From: the human T2T-CHM13v2.0 reference genome, Homo sapiens
NCBI RefSeq assembly: GCF_009914755.1
Contig: NC_060947.1
Strand: one strand, 5' to 3'
Length of the DNA: 64,000 bases
Part shown: positions 40,488-59,255 of the stretch, in pieces
Position numbering within the stretch: position 1 is the stretch's first letter
Layout: each line of letters opens with the position of its first letter
Made by a program: the position numbers and the translations under genes
The notes under the pieces: generated by a model
What the model saw: only the letters and a program-made list of their open reading frames with translations
The model's database searches: none
Told to the model about the DNA's origin: nothing

Positions 40488-41506
40488 ATGGGGAAAAAAC
40501 AGAGCAGAAAAACTGAAAATTTTAAAAATCAGAGCACCTCTCCTCCTCCAAAGGAACGCAGCTCCTCACCAGCAATGTAACAAAGCTGGACAGAGAATGA
40601 CTTTGATGAGCTGAGAGAAAAAGGCTTCAGACGATCAAACTTCTCTGAGCTAAAAGAGGAAGTTCAAACCCATTGCAAAGAAGTTAAAAACCTTGAAAAA
40701 AGATTAGACGAATGGCTAACTAGAATAACCAATGTAGAGAAGTCCTTAAAGGACCTGATGGAGCTGAAAACCATGGCACGAGAACTACGTGATGAATGCA
40801 CGAGGTTCAGTAGCCGATTCAATCAAATGGAAGAAAGAGTATCAGTGATTGAAGATCAAATGAATGAAATGAAGCAAGAAGAGAAGTTTAGAGAAAAATA
40901 AAAATAAAAAGAAATGAACAAAGCCTCGAAGAAATATGGGACTATGTGAAAAGACCAAATCTACCTCTGATTGGTGTACCTGAAAGTGACGGGGAGAATG
41001 CAACCAAGCTGGAAAACACTCTGCAGGATATTATCCAGGAGAACTTCCCCAATCTAGCAAGGCAGGCCAACATTCAAATTCAGGAAATACAGAGAATGCC
41101 ACAAAGATACTCCTCAAGAAGAGCAACTCCAAGACACACAACTGTCAGATTCACCAAAGTTGAAATGAAGGAAAAAATATTAAGGGCAGCCAGAGAGAAA
41201 GGTCGGGTTACCCACAAATGGAAGCCCATCAGACTAACAGCTGATCTCTCGGCAGAAACTCTACAAGCCAGAAGAGAGTGGGGGCCAATATTCAACATTC
41301 TTAAAGAAAAGAATTTTCAAACCAGAATTTCATATCCAGCCAAATTAAGCTTCATAAGTGAAGGAGAAATAAAATACTTTACAGACAAGCAAATGCTGAG
41401 AGATTTTGTCACTACCAGGCCTGCCCTACAAGAGCTCCTGAAGGAAGCACTAAACATGGAAAGGAACAACCGGTACCAGCCACTGCAAAAACATGCCAAA
41501 TTGTAA
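40488..41506 (+). pseudogene. L1 ORF1p, disabled
   Basis: ATG GGG AAA AAA CAG start; TAA at codon 31 (40578-40580); frameshift near 40898; C-terminal 186 aa open (ends RNNRYQPLQKHAKL). Confidence 0.93.
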
Positions 41507-41569
41507 AGACCATAGAGGCTAGGAAGAAACTGCATCAACGAACGAGCAAAATAACCAGCTAACATCATA

Positions 41570-45397
<3,828 letters not shown>

Positions 45398-45789
45398 ACA
45401 ATGAGAACACTTGGACACAGGAAGGCGAACATCACATACTGGGGCCTGTTGTGGGGTTGGGGGAGGGGGGAGGGATAGCATTAGGAGAAATACCTAATGT
45501 AAATGACTACTTAATGGGTGCAGCACACCAACATTGCACATGTATACATATGTAACAAACCTGCACGTTGTACACATGTACCCTAGAACTTAAAGTATAA
45601 TAAAAAATATATCTATATATATATAAAAAGAAAAAAAATAAAACCTCTGGGACCCTCCAATGTTTCATCCATAGTTGGAGATTTTAGGAAGTTTGCTTGG
45701 CTAACTCTGAAATACATACCAACTTCTTTGAAAACAGATGGCTATAAATGTATGAGATAATGCGCTCTTCATAACAACTGTGTTAAATG

Positions 45790-45925
45790 GATTTTTAATT
45801 ATCACTTCTATTTTACAAAATACAAGAAACAGGGGTTAAAAAACATTAAGTAATTTACTCAAAGTTACTTAAAGCAAGCAGAGCCAATATTCTATCCTAG
45901 ATCTATGACTCCTAAGACCTTTGAA
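45790..45925 (-). mobile_element. MIR relic
   Basis: ctattttacaaaatacaagaaacagggg...ttaagtaatttactcaaagttac is MIR core-like. Confidence 0.55.
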
Positions 45926-46214
45926 CACTATTTGACTGTACAATGCCTACTTCCTTTACCATTGTGATGATTCTGGATGTGATCATTTAAGAAATGGCTT
46001 TGTAAACCATAAAGTGTTCTGTGAATGTACAGCATCATTATTAGTATTGATTCCAACAACTGAGAGAGCTATAATTGCCTGTAATAAGATTGATTATGCT
46101 TCACGATATAACCAATAAACTAGCTAAACCTCAAATTCTAATCCCCAAATGTTCGTACAAAACATGACTGAAAACAAATGAAATCATATCGATCAGCTCT
46201 AAAAATAATAGAAC

Positions 46215-46357
46215 CTGATTATAACATTTGTCCTGTGGCAGCTGCTTTTATCCCCCTATTTCTCATCATATATCACACAGAGAAAAGACCCTTTTTCTCG
46301 TGCCTGCCATCATTTATCCTTTAGGAAAAAAAGACCTCTCTTCTCTATCTCCTCAAA
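46215..46357 (-). pseudogene. Candidate fossil exon, 143 nt
   Basis: tcttgttttatctttcaag| and CAG|gttcta; phase 0 to 2: FEEIEKRGLFFLKDK*WQAREKGSFLCVIYDEK*GDKSSCHRTNVII. Confidence 0.55.
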
Positions 46358-46418
46358 CTTGAAAGATAAAACAAGATATAATGAAGAAGTGTGAAGAGCA
46401 GAGAATTAGTGAGTCTAC

Positions 46419-46501
46419 TCCTTTTTCCTCCTTTTGTAAGACTGTTTGATTTGATTCAATATCAGCCCAGAAAGATGGAGGATATTTCTTTTGGTGGGGT
46501 T
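46419..46501 (-). pseudogene. Possible fossil exon, 83 nt
   Basis: tttctgttgacag|; phase 1 to 0, open: PHQKKYPPSFWADIESNQTVLQKEEKG. Weak donor and flanking introns of only ~61-62 nt. Confidence 0.3.
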
Positions 46502-46563
46502 CTGTCAACAGAAATTAGACAATCTAATTTAAGGAAAATAGGAAGGAAAAAATTCAAACTTAC

Positions 46564-46673
46564 TGCTATTTTACAATCCAAAACCCAGTATGTAGAATGA
46601 ATATCTTTGAATCATTGGTATGTAAGGTTTTCAAAACACTGAAGCTGTCCCTTTATCAGGTCTAGCATTTCCC
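46564..46673 (-). pseudogene. Candidate fossil exon, 110 nt
   Basis: ttttatcatttgcttctag| and GCA|gtaagt; best frame EMLDLIKGQLQCFENLTYQ*FKDIHSTYWVLDCKIA. Confidence 0.6.
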
Positions 46674-47475
46674 CTAGAAGCAAATGATAAAATATGAAGA
46701 GTAAAAACTGTTTCAATATCATTATAAAGTACAGATTTGTAGTTCTGTACATTCAAAATAGAAAATAAAAAATTAAACTTAAGGATTTAATCTGATTTAG
46801 GCCTAATGAACTTTGCTCAATAGTGTGTTACCAACATCTAGCCATTTCAAAAAATCACATCTTTACCATTTTATTATTTACATAATTAAGTCTCTCTTCA
46901 TCTCACAAGTCTACAGAAACCAGTACTGGTGGTTACAAGTTAAAGTGTCCACTCATTTTCTCTCATAACTTATCTCTGACCTTGTCAAATTTCCTCTCCA
47001 ATAATATGCGTCATATAAATGTATAGTACTTAATATATAAAATGTCAGGCATATACATAGAACTTTATAGTTTCCTTAACACTTTCATATGTACTGTTAT
47101 ATTTATAATTAAGCATATTTTAAATGGCCGTTTTTAAGTGGTCATCATTAAAACACAGAGTATCTACTCTGTACTTAGAAAAAGAAGCAAATTTTAGATC
47201 ACTTACTTTTTGACACTTATCTTTAGTGACTAAGACAAATATTTATCTAATTTCTATCTGCAACAAGTTTTTCAATTGCTTTAATCACCGTTCTCTGATC
47301 TATTATTTATACCTCGGCAAGTTTTTTTAATCAATCAGCTTACTTCTTTTTTTTTGTACAAATAGTTTTATCTTTAAAAAATCATTTCATAGATCAAAAT
47401 ACCATAGGAACCAACTTTTTAAGTCTTAGATGTTTTTCATATATCATTTACTGGTGTTAAAAACAGATTTCTTAC

Positions 47476-47534
47476 CTCTTTATTTGACTTCACATTGTCT
47501 GCATCAGCTCTGCTCTCTCAATCAACTCTGCCAA
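47476..47534 (-). pseudogene. Candidate fossil exon, 59 nt
   Basis: ttcctgacctctatag| and GAG|gtaaga; phase 0 to 2: LAELIERAELMQTM*SQIK. Confidence 0.6.
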
Positions 47535-48582
47535 CTATAGAGGTCAGGAACAATAACATGTAATCTTTAGCTTTTCTGAAGTTGAATTTCCTGTGTCTAA
47601 CTATATTTGATCTTTTAGTAGAGGCTTTGAAATGGGGTTAGCATAATAATTTGTTAGTTTATAAATAAAGGCATGTGGTCAATTTTTGGCATGTCATGAG
47701 TTGTTTTTGCTGAGAACAGGATGTGAGTACACTGGTGAGAGTAACTTAATTGTATTTGAATTTTTCCACATCCCATTGTGCCTAATACACCACTTGCCAC
47801 ATAATCAGTACTCAATACATGCCTGCTAAATTTTAATTATGTAAATAATGAAATAATTTAAGATTATAATTTGGATTTATTTTTTAAATGTTGAACTGAA
47901 TTCCTGAATTAGCCAATGTTTGGTGCTTAGTCTGGAATTAAAGACCCCCAGATTATTTCAAAAGCTCTCCCATAGAGTAATAATACACATTTGGCCATAA
48001 TAAACCTTACTTATTACATCAGTGTTAGGCATATAACGTTTAAATCTCTATCATAATTTCAGATCTTTGGTCAAGACCTGCTACCTAAGCGAAAACAATT
48101 TTTAATATAAGAGCAGGCTTAGTGACAAACTTTCATTCATACCTTAAAGTGAATACCATTAAAATGGCAAAAACTGATTTATATGCTAAGTTTCCAACAC
48201 AGACAAAGTTTTCCAATGGCTCCAGAGTGCCCAATTATGGAAAGAAATGGGAAAAAAGCATAAATACATGAACAACAACAAAAAAAGCCTTACTCCTGCC
48301 AAACTACAAAAAAAGACACATGGGAAAACTTGATATTTAAAAAAAACAACAACAAAAAGAATGGATGGGCTATAATGCAGCACTTTTAAAAGGAAATTAC
48401 AGTAAGGCACTCAAGCAACTAAATATAAAAAATTTCAAGAAAGAAAGTCAAAACTACTTCGAGTTGTTTATTTTTTTATTTTTTGGAAGCACAAAACTCA
48501 TAGGGTCTATAAAACAATAACACAATTTAAAAAAGTAGGCAACAATATGATGAATAGAACACTCCCAGGTCACACCTCAATG

Positions 48583-49063
48583 TTTTATTATTATTATTAT
48601 TATACTTAAAGTTCTGGGATACATGTGCAGAACGTGCAGGTTTGTTACATAGGTATACACATGCCATGGTGGTTCACTGCACCCATCAACCCATCACCTA
48701 CATTTGGTATTTCTCCTAACGCTACCCCTCCCATAACCCCCCCACCCCCTGATAGGCCCTGGTGTGTGATGTTCCCCTCCCTGTGTCCATATGTTCTCAT
48801 TGTTCAGCTCCCACTGATGAGTGAGAACATGCAGTGTTTGGTTTTCTGTTCTTGTGTTAGTTTGCTGAGAATGATGGTTTCCAGCTTCAACCATGTCCTG
48901 CAAAGGACATGAACTCATCCTTTTTATTGGCTGCATAATATTCCATGGTGTATATGTGCCACATTTTCTTTATTCAGTCTATCATTAATGGGCATTTGGG
49001 TTGGTTCCAAGTCTTTGCTATTTTGAACAGTGCTGCAGTAAACATACGTGTGCATGTGTCTTT
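48583..49063 (-). mobile_element. L1PA7/8-like 3' fragment with (TTA)n tail
   Basis: ttctgggatacatgtgcagaacgtgcaggtttgttacataggtatacacatgccatggtgg 3' UTR. Confidence 0.9.
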
Positions 49064-50269
49064 AAAAACAAGCTGGTACAAAAAGAGGAAATTCACTAGT
49101 CCTGGAATATCTCAGAGATAAGATGACTGTCAACTACTCCAATATTTATGTCACTTTTCAACAGATTGATTTTTGACTTGGATTGTTTTTATGCAATTAA
49201 AAATCATAATTACCTTAAAATATTTCTACCCTACATGCAATGTTTAGCATTTAATGAAATGTAATGTTGAGAGGAGGGAAGCAGGGAGAGATGGTGGAAT
49301 AGAACACTCCAGAGATCATCCCCCCTGCAAGGACACCAATTTAACAACTAGCTATACAGAAAAAAAAAAAAAAGACCTTCATAAGAACCAAAAATCAGAT
49401 GAAACCTCATAGTACCTGGTTTTAAATTCCTTTCATTAAAAGAGGCACTGAATAGATAGAAAAAAATAGTTTTGAATTGCAAATGTCACCACTTCCCCAC
49501 CCACCTCAGGACCACTCCCCCCCATCCCCTGACAGTGATGGTGTGGTGCAGAGAGTGTCTCTGGATTCTGGGGGACAAAGACAATGACAATTGTGAGGCA
49601 CTGAACTCAGTGCTGTTCAGTTAGAGCAGAACGCAAAACCAGATCAAATTCAGATGAGACCCGCCTACAGAGGGAGCATTTAAACCAGCCTTAGTTAAAG
49701 GGGAATTGCCGATCCCAGTGGTCACAACTTGAGTTCCCACAGACCTTTCCACAAAGTGGTAAACTGCTCTGAGTCTCTAAGTGAACTTGAAAGGCAGGCT
49801 AGGCCACAAGGACTACAACTCTTAGGAAAGTCCTAGTGCTGAACTGTGCCCAGAGACAGTGGACTGGGGGGAGGGTGATGTGACCTGCTGAGATACCGGG
49901 TTGAGGCAGTCAAAAGAGTGCTGGCATCATCCCTCCCCTAACCCCAGTCTGCTCAGCTCACAGCTCCAAAAGAGACCCATTCCTTCTGCTTGAGAAGATA
50001 AGAAAAAAGAGAGGGGAAGACTTTTTCTTGCATCTTGGATACCAGTACAGCCACAGCAGAATAGGGCACTGATCAGAGTTATGAGGTCTCTCTTCCAGGC
50101 CCTAGCTCCAAGATGACATTTCTAGACACAACCTGGGCCAGAAGAAAACCTGCTGCATTGAAGGGAGGGACTCAGTTCTGGCATCATGCGTCACCTGCTA
50201 ACTGAAGAGCCCATGGGCCCAGAATAAACAGCAGTGATAACTAGGTACTATGTCGAGGGCCTTGGGTGA

Positions 50270-50660
<391 letters not shown>

Positions 50661-50780
50661 AGGAATTGACTCTTAAATGATGTCTCTGAACTGCCCTGGG
50701 CCAGAGGTGAGCCCACTGCCTGAAGAGTGATTCCCAGGCCAGGTAGCATTCACCACAAGCTGACTTAAGAGATTGTGGTC

Positions 50781-51641
50781 AAAACACATGAAAAAATGCT
50801 CACCATCACTGGCCATCAGAGAAATGCAAATCAAAACCACAATGAGATATCATCTCACACATCTTTAGCATGGCAATCATTAAAAAGTCAGGAAACAACA
50901 GGTGCTGGAGAGGATGTGGAGAAATAGGAACACTTTTACACTGTTGGTGGGACTGGAAACTAGTTCAACCATTGTGGAAGTCAATGTGGCGATTCCTCAG
51001 GGATCTAGAACTAGAAATACCATTTGACCCAGCCATCCCATTACTGGGTATATACCCAAAGGATTATAAATCATGCTGCTATACAGACACATGCACACGT
51101 ATGTTTATTGCGGCACTATTCACAATAGCAAAGACTTGGAACCAACCCAAATGTCCAACAATGATAGACTGGATTAAGAAAATGTGGCACATATACACCA
51201 TGGAATACTATGCAGCCATAAAAAATGATGAGTTCATGTCCTTTGTAGGGACATGGATGAAGTTGGAAATCATCATTCTCAGTAAACTATCGCAAGGACA
51301 AAAAACCAAACACCGCATATTCTCACTCATAGGTGGGAATTGAACAATGAGAACACATGGACACAGGAAGGGGAACATCACACTCTGGGGAATGTTGTGG
51401 GGTGGGGGGAGGGAGGAGAGATAGCATTGGGAGATATACCTAAGGCTAGATGATGAGTTAGTGGGTGCAGCACACCAGCATGTCACATGTATACATATGT
51501 AACTAACCTGCACATTGTGCACATGTACCCTAAAACTTAATGTGTAATAATAATAATTTAAAAAAAAAAAGAAAAAATGCTCAATATCACTAATCATCAG
51601 TGAAATGAAATAAAAATTTAAACCACAAAAAAAAAAAAAGA
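50781..51641 (+). mobile_element. 5'-truncated L1PA2/3-like insertion with a 3'-transduced tail
   Basis: Open ORF2 C-terminus (50870..51343), 3' UTR gcattgggagatatacc...gagttagtgggtgcagc, two A-tails; TSD aagagatt(g/t)tggtc (50767-50780 / 51642-51655). Confidence 0.92.
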
Positions 51642-53574
51642 AAGAGATTTTGGTCCTTAAGAATGCATCAGCGGTGGTCTGGCTGTACTCCTCATAGCCT
51701 GTGGTGGTGATGGCTATGAGGAGAGGTTCCTCTGCCTTTGGAAAAAAGAGAGAAGAGTAAGAGACAGGGCATCCTGTGGTTTGAGTGCCACAGCTCACCC
51801 ATAGTACAAAAGAACACCAGGTAGAATTCTAGGTTTTTTGACTCTAGTCTCTGACTCTTGAAGGGCATCTCTGGACCCATCCAGAGCCTGGGGGAACATG
51901 CCACCTGAAGACAAGGATATACACCTGGCTGGCTTGGCCCCCTGATGATTGTAGAGCCCAAGGGCCTAGAGCAAGCACAGATTGTAGCCAGGGAGTGATT
52001 ACAGCAGGCCTTGGGTGAGACCCAGTGCTGTGCTGGCTTTAGGTCTCACCCAGCACAATCATAGTGGTGGTGGCTACAGGGGTGCTTGTGTCACTCCACC
52101 CCAAGATTTAGGAGGCATAGAACAGAGAGAGAGAAGCTATTTGTTTGAGAGAAAGTAAGGGAAGAGAACAAGAGTCTCTGCCTGTTAATCCAGAGAATTC
52201 TCAAGAATCTTGTCCAATACCATCAAGTTGGTACCTCTACATATCTTCAAGGTTTACTTCAAAGCCCACAGGTTTACTGGGCTTGGGGTGCCCCTTAAAG
52301 CAGATAGAGTTTTGATCACAACACCCAAGTCCTTCCAAATATCTGGAAAGTTTTCCCAAAAAGGATAGCTACAAACAGGTCCAGGCATGAAGTCTAAAAT
52401 GAATACCTAAATCTTCAATGCCCAGACACTAAAGAACATCTACTAGCATCAACACGATCCAGAAAAACATGACCTTATCAAATGAACTAAATAAGGCACT
52501 AGGGATCAATCCCAGAGAAACAGAGATATGTGACATTTTAGACAGTGAATTCAAAATAGCTGTGTTGAGAAACTCAAAGAAATTCAAGATAACACAGAGA
52601 AGGAATTTAGAATTCTATCAGATACATTCAACAAAGAGGTTAAAATAATTAAAAAGAATAAAGCAAAAATTCTGGAGTTGAAAAATGCAATTGATGTACT
52701 GAAAAATATATCAGCATCTTCTCAGAGCAGAATGGATAAAGCACAAAAATGAATTAGTGAGCTTGAAGACAGGCCATTTAAAAATACACAGTCGGAGGAG
52801 ACAAAAGAAAAAAAAAACATGAAGCACAACTACAGGATCTAGAACACCTCATCTCAAAAGGGCAAATCTAAAAATTATTTTCCTTAAATATGAGGGAGAA
52901 ACTTTATTCAAAGGGATAATAACAGAGATTTTTCACAACCTAGAGAAAAATATCAATATCCAAGTGCAAGAAGGTTATAGAACACAAAGCAGTTTTAACC
53001 CACAGAAGAATAACTGAAGAAATTTATTAATCAGTCTCCCAATGATAAAGGATAAAGAAAGGATTTTAAAAGCAATAGAAGAAACAAGTAAACAAATAGC
53101 ATACAATGAAGTGCCAAAGCATCTTGCAGCAGATTTTTCAGTGGAAGACTTACAGACCAGGAGAGAGTGGAATGACATATTTAAAGTGCTGATGAAAAAA
53201 ACCTTTTATCCTAGAATAGTGTATCTAGTGAAAATATCCTTCAAACTTGAAGGAGAAATAAAGACTTTCTCAGACAAACAAAAGTTCAATTTCATCAACA
53301 CCAGAACTGTCCTACAAGAAATGCTAAAGGGAGTACTTAAATCAGAAAAAAAAAATAATGTTAATAAACAATAAATCATCACCTGAAGGTAAAAAAAAAA
53401 TTCATTGTTAATAGTAAGTATACAGAAAAACACATAATATCATAACATTTAACCGTGGTGTGTAAACTACTCTTATCCTTTGTAGAAAGAATAAATGATG
53501 AGCCAATCAAAAATAATAACTACAACTTTTCAAGACGTACACAGTACAGCATGATATAAAAAGAAACAATATAC

Positions 53575-55282
53575 TAAAGGAAGGGCAAGAGGGCCTACTA
53601 GACACAGCCAGGTGGAACAGTTCCCACTAAGGGACTGAGACAACTGGCATGCTTTTAACAGATCTTCAGAGTAAAGGTGCTAAGAGTGGAGAGAGGAAAG
53701 ATACAGAAGCTGGACTGAAGAGAGAGAAAGCTGGAAACACTGCATGGGGCTACTATGCACTGGGACTTACTTTTGAACCACAACAGCTTCAGGAGTACGA
53801 GTGAGTTGAACTGTCAAGGACCAACCAGCTCTCACCATGGGCCCCTGGAACCCTGACAGGAGGAGACCCCTCAACCATCACCGACATGTGAGTTGGCAGA
53901 AAGAGCTGCTTAGAGAAGTGGTAAGGGCAGCAAGTCAGTGGATGTGGAACCCAGAGGATTTCTTGCAGGAATGTTGGTAGCAGAGCATGGCCAACAACAG
54001 CCATACCCCTATGCTTGACTTGATCCCATAGAAGACTTTAGCCCTAGGAGAACTGTCAGACCTAATCTCTGCAGGGCATTCCTGCCCATCAGACATGACT
54101 GGTCCGACTTGAGAGCCCCTTGGTCTGCTGGCCTCTCCTGGGGCCCCAGCCTGGCCTGCCTGCTTTCAAGGCAGTCCTGGGTGCCATGAGGGCCTACACC
54201 ATATTCTCTGCACCGATAGATTCTGCCTGACCAGTGGAGAGCTCCAGTGAGGTGATCTCTATGGCAACACGCTAGCCCACTTGCCCCCTCCCCATATTGC
54301 AGCTTTCCCAGGGCGCATGGCAACTCCCCACATCACTTTTCTGGTGTGTGTCTGCACTGGCAGGTTTTGCTTTCTTTGCCCCACTAGGATACGGGAGTGT
54401 AGTCCACATCCCACCCCCCACAACCGCCATTGCAGACAACGTCTTGGCAGGCACAGGGACAGCAAGCCCTGCCCCTGCCAGCACCCTGTCCTTGGGCTAA
54501 CACTGCACAGAAAACAGCAGATCCTACCCCAGATTGAGTATCACTCCCGCTTGTGGGGTAGACAAGGCACCCAGAGCTGCACTGGCCAGCACCCCACCCC
54601 AAAATCAACACCACATCCAGCACAACCACATACACAGTCTCAAGTAGGGGCCCCACGACCCCCACAGCTGCATTGCCTCCAACACTGTGGTGAACACCCA
54701 CAGGGAGGCAGGCACCCCAGCACCTGCTAGCACTCTGCTGAAGCTGCTGCACCTCACCACCTCTCCCCAGTGTTGTGGGTTGCAAACCTAAAGGAACCAG
54801 ATAACAAAGTCAGAGTAAAATGCAAGTCCCCCAGAGTTAGAGCACATAATCCAGGAGTTGGAAGCTGAGTCTTGGCCCCTGAAAATCTTCCAGAAACAAA
54901 GCCAGTTAGCTAAACCTACCTTATACCACAATCAAAACCTCGAGGTCATCAAATATGATAAAAGAAAAAAAACATTCAAAGGTTGGCAAAGTCCAAAATT
55001 GAAGATAGATAAGCCCACAAAAATGAGAAATAAACAGTGCAAGAACCCTGAAATCTCAAAATGCCAGAGTGCATTTTTTTCTCCAAATGACCACATCACC
55101 TTTCCAGCATGGGTTCTGAAACAGGCTGAAATGGCTGAAATGAAAGAAATAGAATTCAGAATATGGATAGGAATTAATATCATTGAGCTACAGGAGTACG
55201 TTGAAACCCAATGCAGAGAAGCTAAAAATCATGATAAAACAATTTATGAGGTGACATAAAAATAGCCAGTATAGAAAAGTGT
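53575..55282 (+). mobile_element. L1PREC2/L1PA13-16-like 5' UTR plus start of ORF1, rest deleted
   Basis: Begins gggcaagagggcctactagacacagccaggtggaacag; ORF1 N-terminus MRNKQCKNPEISKCQSAFFSPNDH at ~55023; abrupt junction to the host ORF2. Confidence 0.75.
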
Positions 55283-56923
55283 AAATGTAAATACACCCAA
55301 CACTGGAGCACCAAGATACGTGAAGCAACTATTATTAGAAATAAAGAGATAGACAGGCCCCAGTACAATAATAGCTGGAAACTTCAAATCAAATGGATCA
55401 GACACTTACATCTAAGCATCACACTATGAAACTACTGAAAGAAAACATTGGGGAAAATCTCCAGGACATTTATGGGGGCAAAAATTTCTTGACAAACACA
55501 GCAGAAGCATAGGAAATAAAAGCAAAAATGGACAAATGGAATCACATCAAGTTAAAAAAAACTTCTGCACAGCAAGACACAATCAACAAAGTGAAAAGAC
55601 AACCCACAAGAATGGGAGTAAATATTTGCATGCTACTCATGTGACAAGGGACTAATAACAAGAATATATAAGGAGCTCAAACAACTCTATAGGAAAAAAG
55701 GTAATAATTTGATTAAAATATGGACAAAAGATTTGAACAAACATTTCTCCAAAGAAGAAATAAGAATAGCAAATGGGCATATGAAAAGGTGCTAGCATCA
55801 TTGATCCTCAGAGAAATGCAAATCCAAATTACAATGAGATATCTTCTCACCTCAGTTAAAATGGCTTACATCCACAAGACAGGCAATAACAAATGCTGGC
55901 AAGGATAAGGAAACGCCCACACACTGTTGGCGTAAATGTAAATTGGCACAACGACTATGGAGAACAGTTTGAAGGTTGCTCAAAAAAACTAAAACTAGAG
56001 CTACCATATGATACAGCATTTCCACTGCTCGGTATATAACCAAAAGAAAGGCAATCAATATACCAAAGGCACTCCCATGTTTGTTGCTGCAGTGCTCACA
56101 ATAGCTAAGATTTGGAAGCCACCTAAGTGGCTTGATTCATCCATCAAGAGATGAATGAATAAATAATATATGGTATTTATACACAATAAAGTACCATTCA
56201 GCCACAAAAATGAATGAGATCCTGTCATTTGCAACAACATGGATGAAACTGGAGATCATTGTGTTAAGTGAAGTTAGCCAGATACTGGGAGACAAATATT
56301 GTATGTTCTCACTTATTTTGGGAATCTAAAAATAAAAAAAAAAATACCCATAGACATAGAGAGTAGAAGGATGATTATCAGAGGCTGGGAAGGGTAGTAG
56401 GGGGTTGGCGGGAAGGTGGGGATGGTTAATGGGTACAATAAATAGTTGAAAATAATTAATAAGACCTACTATTTGATAACAAAGCAGTAGTATAGTCAAT
56501 AACTTAATTATATTTTAAGATAACTAAGAGAATATAATTGGATTGTTTGTAACACAAAGGATAAATGGATGAGGGAATGGATACCCCCATCCTCCATTAT
56601 TTGCTTATTTCACATTGCATGCCTGCATCAAAACATCTCATGTACCCCATAAATATATACACCTAATATGAAAATAAAGTATTCTGAAAAAATCACATGT
56701 AATGAAAAATACTGTGAAACAGAAGCATCGTAGGAACCTATTAAACATTAAATCTTATCAAAAGTGAGAGTCCATTAATAAATAAATATGATTTGAACAG
56801 TTTTTGGGGATCATCTTTTCTTGGAATATTTATCTTTAGGAAAAGCATAGTAAATGAGAATTTAATCAGAAAATCTGCAAAAATATGAATACAGCTAAAG
56901 TCTTTTATAAACCCCACATAAGC

Positions 56924-57225
56924 CAGTGCTTCTCAAACTATCTGCAGTTAAACAGCATTTTTTTTCAAAATCCCTAATTTGTTCTAGACCAATAAATTTG
57001 TAAAGCACAATAAAAATAAATAACTAGAAAATCGTAAGAGAAAAAATAAAGATTTGAAAAGACGTGCCCACATCTTTTATGTTCAGATTCTACAGACTTA
57101 AAATTACCCTATCAAATTGCTATAAAATTTTCTCAAGCTTCCTTTAAAATTCTCTACTTAGCTTGTTGCAGACCAAAAACAAACAGCACACTGTCAACTG
57201 TGGGCACCTCACTGTATGCATCACT
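56924..57225 (+). mobile_element. Non-autonomous hAT-Charlie DNA transposon relic (Charlie18a-like)
   Basis: Starts cagtgcttctcaaactatctg, a hAT-Charlie terminal motif; the right end is decayed. Confidence 0.55.
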
Positions 57226-57758
57226 TATTATCCTTAAAACAAAAATGAAGAGAAATTTTTAGTAAACATATACTAAATGAAACAGAAAGCCAAAAAAAGT
57301 AGATCAGGTGAAAACAAATTTTACCTACAGAAAATATTTTGTGTTATAATAAAAGGAATATTTATTGACTTAAGTGTAAAGAAACCATTTGTTTCACATG
57401 GTGCACAAAACATCCCCTATAAGTACACTACACAAAATATTTCCAAAATCTTCTCTAACTGCTATACACTACTATGTTAACCATATTTGCAATCAATCAA
57501 CTATTTGGATTAAATGATAAATTTTAATGCTAAATTTCATCTTTTAAAATAAGATTTACATTTCATTAATACAATAAAGACTTACTGATGACCCACTATA
57601 TGCCAGCCACTATGCTAGGCACTAAAGCTGTGTGTGTCAAATCTGACTTTAAGTAATGTTGGTGGAACACTAAACTTAATTCTTATGAACTATTTTTCTG
57701 CCAAAGATATGGCAGGTGAGGCCATCTACCACAGTTTCATTATAATAAAGTATGAGTT

Positions 57759-58810
<1,052 letters not shown>

Positions 58811-58880
58811 AGAAAAAAAGTAAAACTCAATATCTTGACCAATGTTACCTACCATTTGTAATTCATAAAAAGATATGTAC

Positions 58881-58953
58881 CTCTCATTGAGGAGTAATAA
58901 AAATAATAGTTCCTTTAGCAATCAAATCTTTGTGCTTCCTTTTGTTTACTTGT
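58881..58953 (-). pseudogene. Candidate fossil exon, 73 nt
   Basis: gtacttttacag| and GAG|gtacat; phase 2 to 0: QVNKRKHKDLIAKGTIIFITPQ*E. Confidence 0.45.
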
Positions 58954-59255
58954 CTGTAAAAGTACTTATATATTCTTGAAAATTAGAAGGCTTCACTAGT
59001 GTCTCATATTAAACACCAAGTTGACAAACTCAACATATTTTTATGTTTTATAAAACAAACCCTATATAAAGATTTGGAAAATACTGATGGGGGAAAACCT
59101 TGAAAAAATACCTTCAAACATTTTCATGAACTTCCATTCTCATGTTCTAAAATTAATAATACACATATAGGAAATTAAAAATGTATTATTGTTACTATCA
59201 ATTGATACCAATTGAATGAACGTAATGCTGAAATTTTCTAGAAATGCATACATAC

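Noticed and set aside
45451-45475. G-quadruplex motif
   Set aside because: A standard feature of L1PA 3' UTRs, not novel.
48011-48084. Additional AG..GT-bounded segment on the minus strand
   Set aside because: The splice sites are plausible, but every frame has three or more stops in 24 codons; left out of the exon chain.
57318-57335. ttttctgtag|gtaaaa on the minus strand as a recursive splice site
   Set aside because: Weak pyrimidine tract, and the motif is expected by chance in AT-rich DNA.
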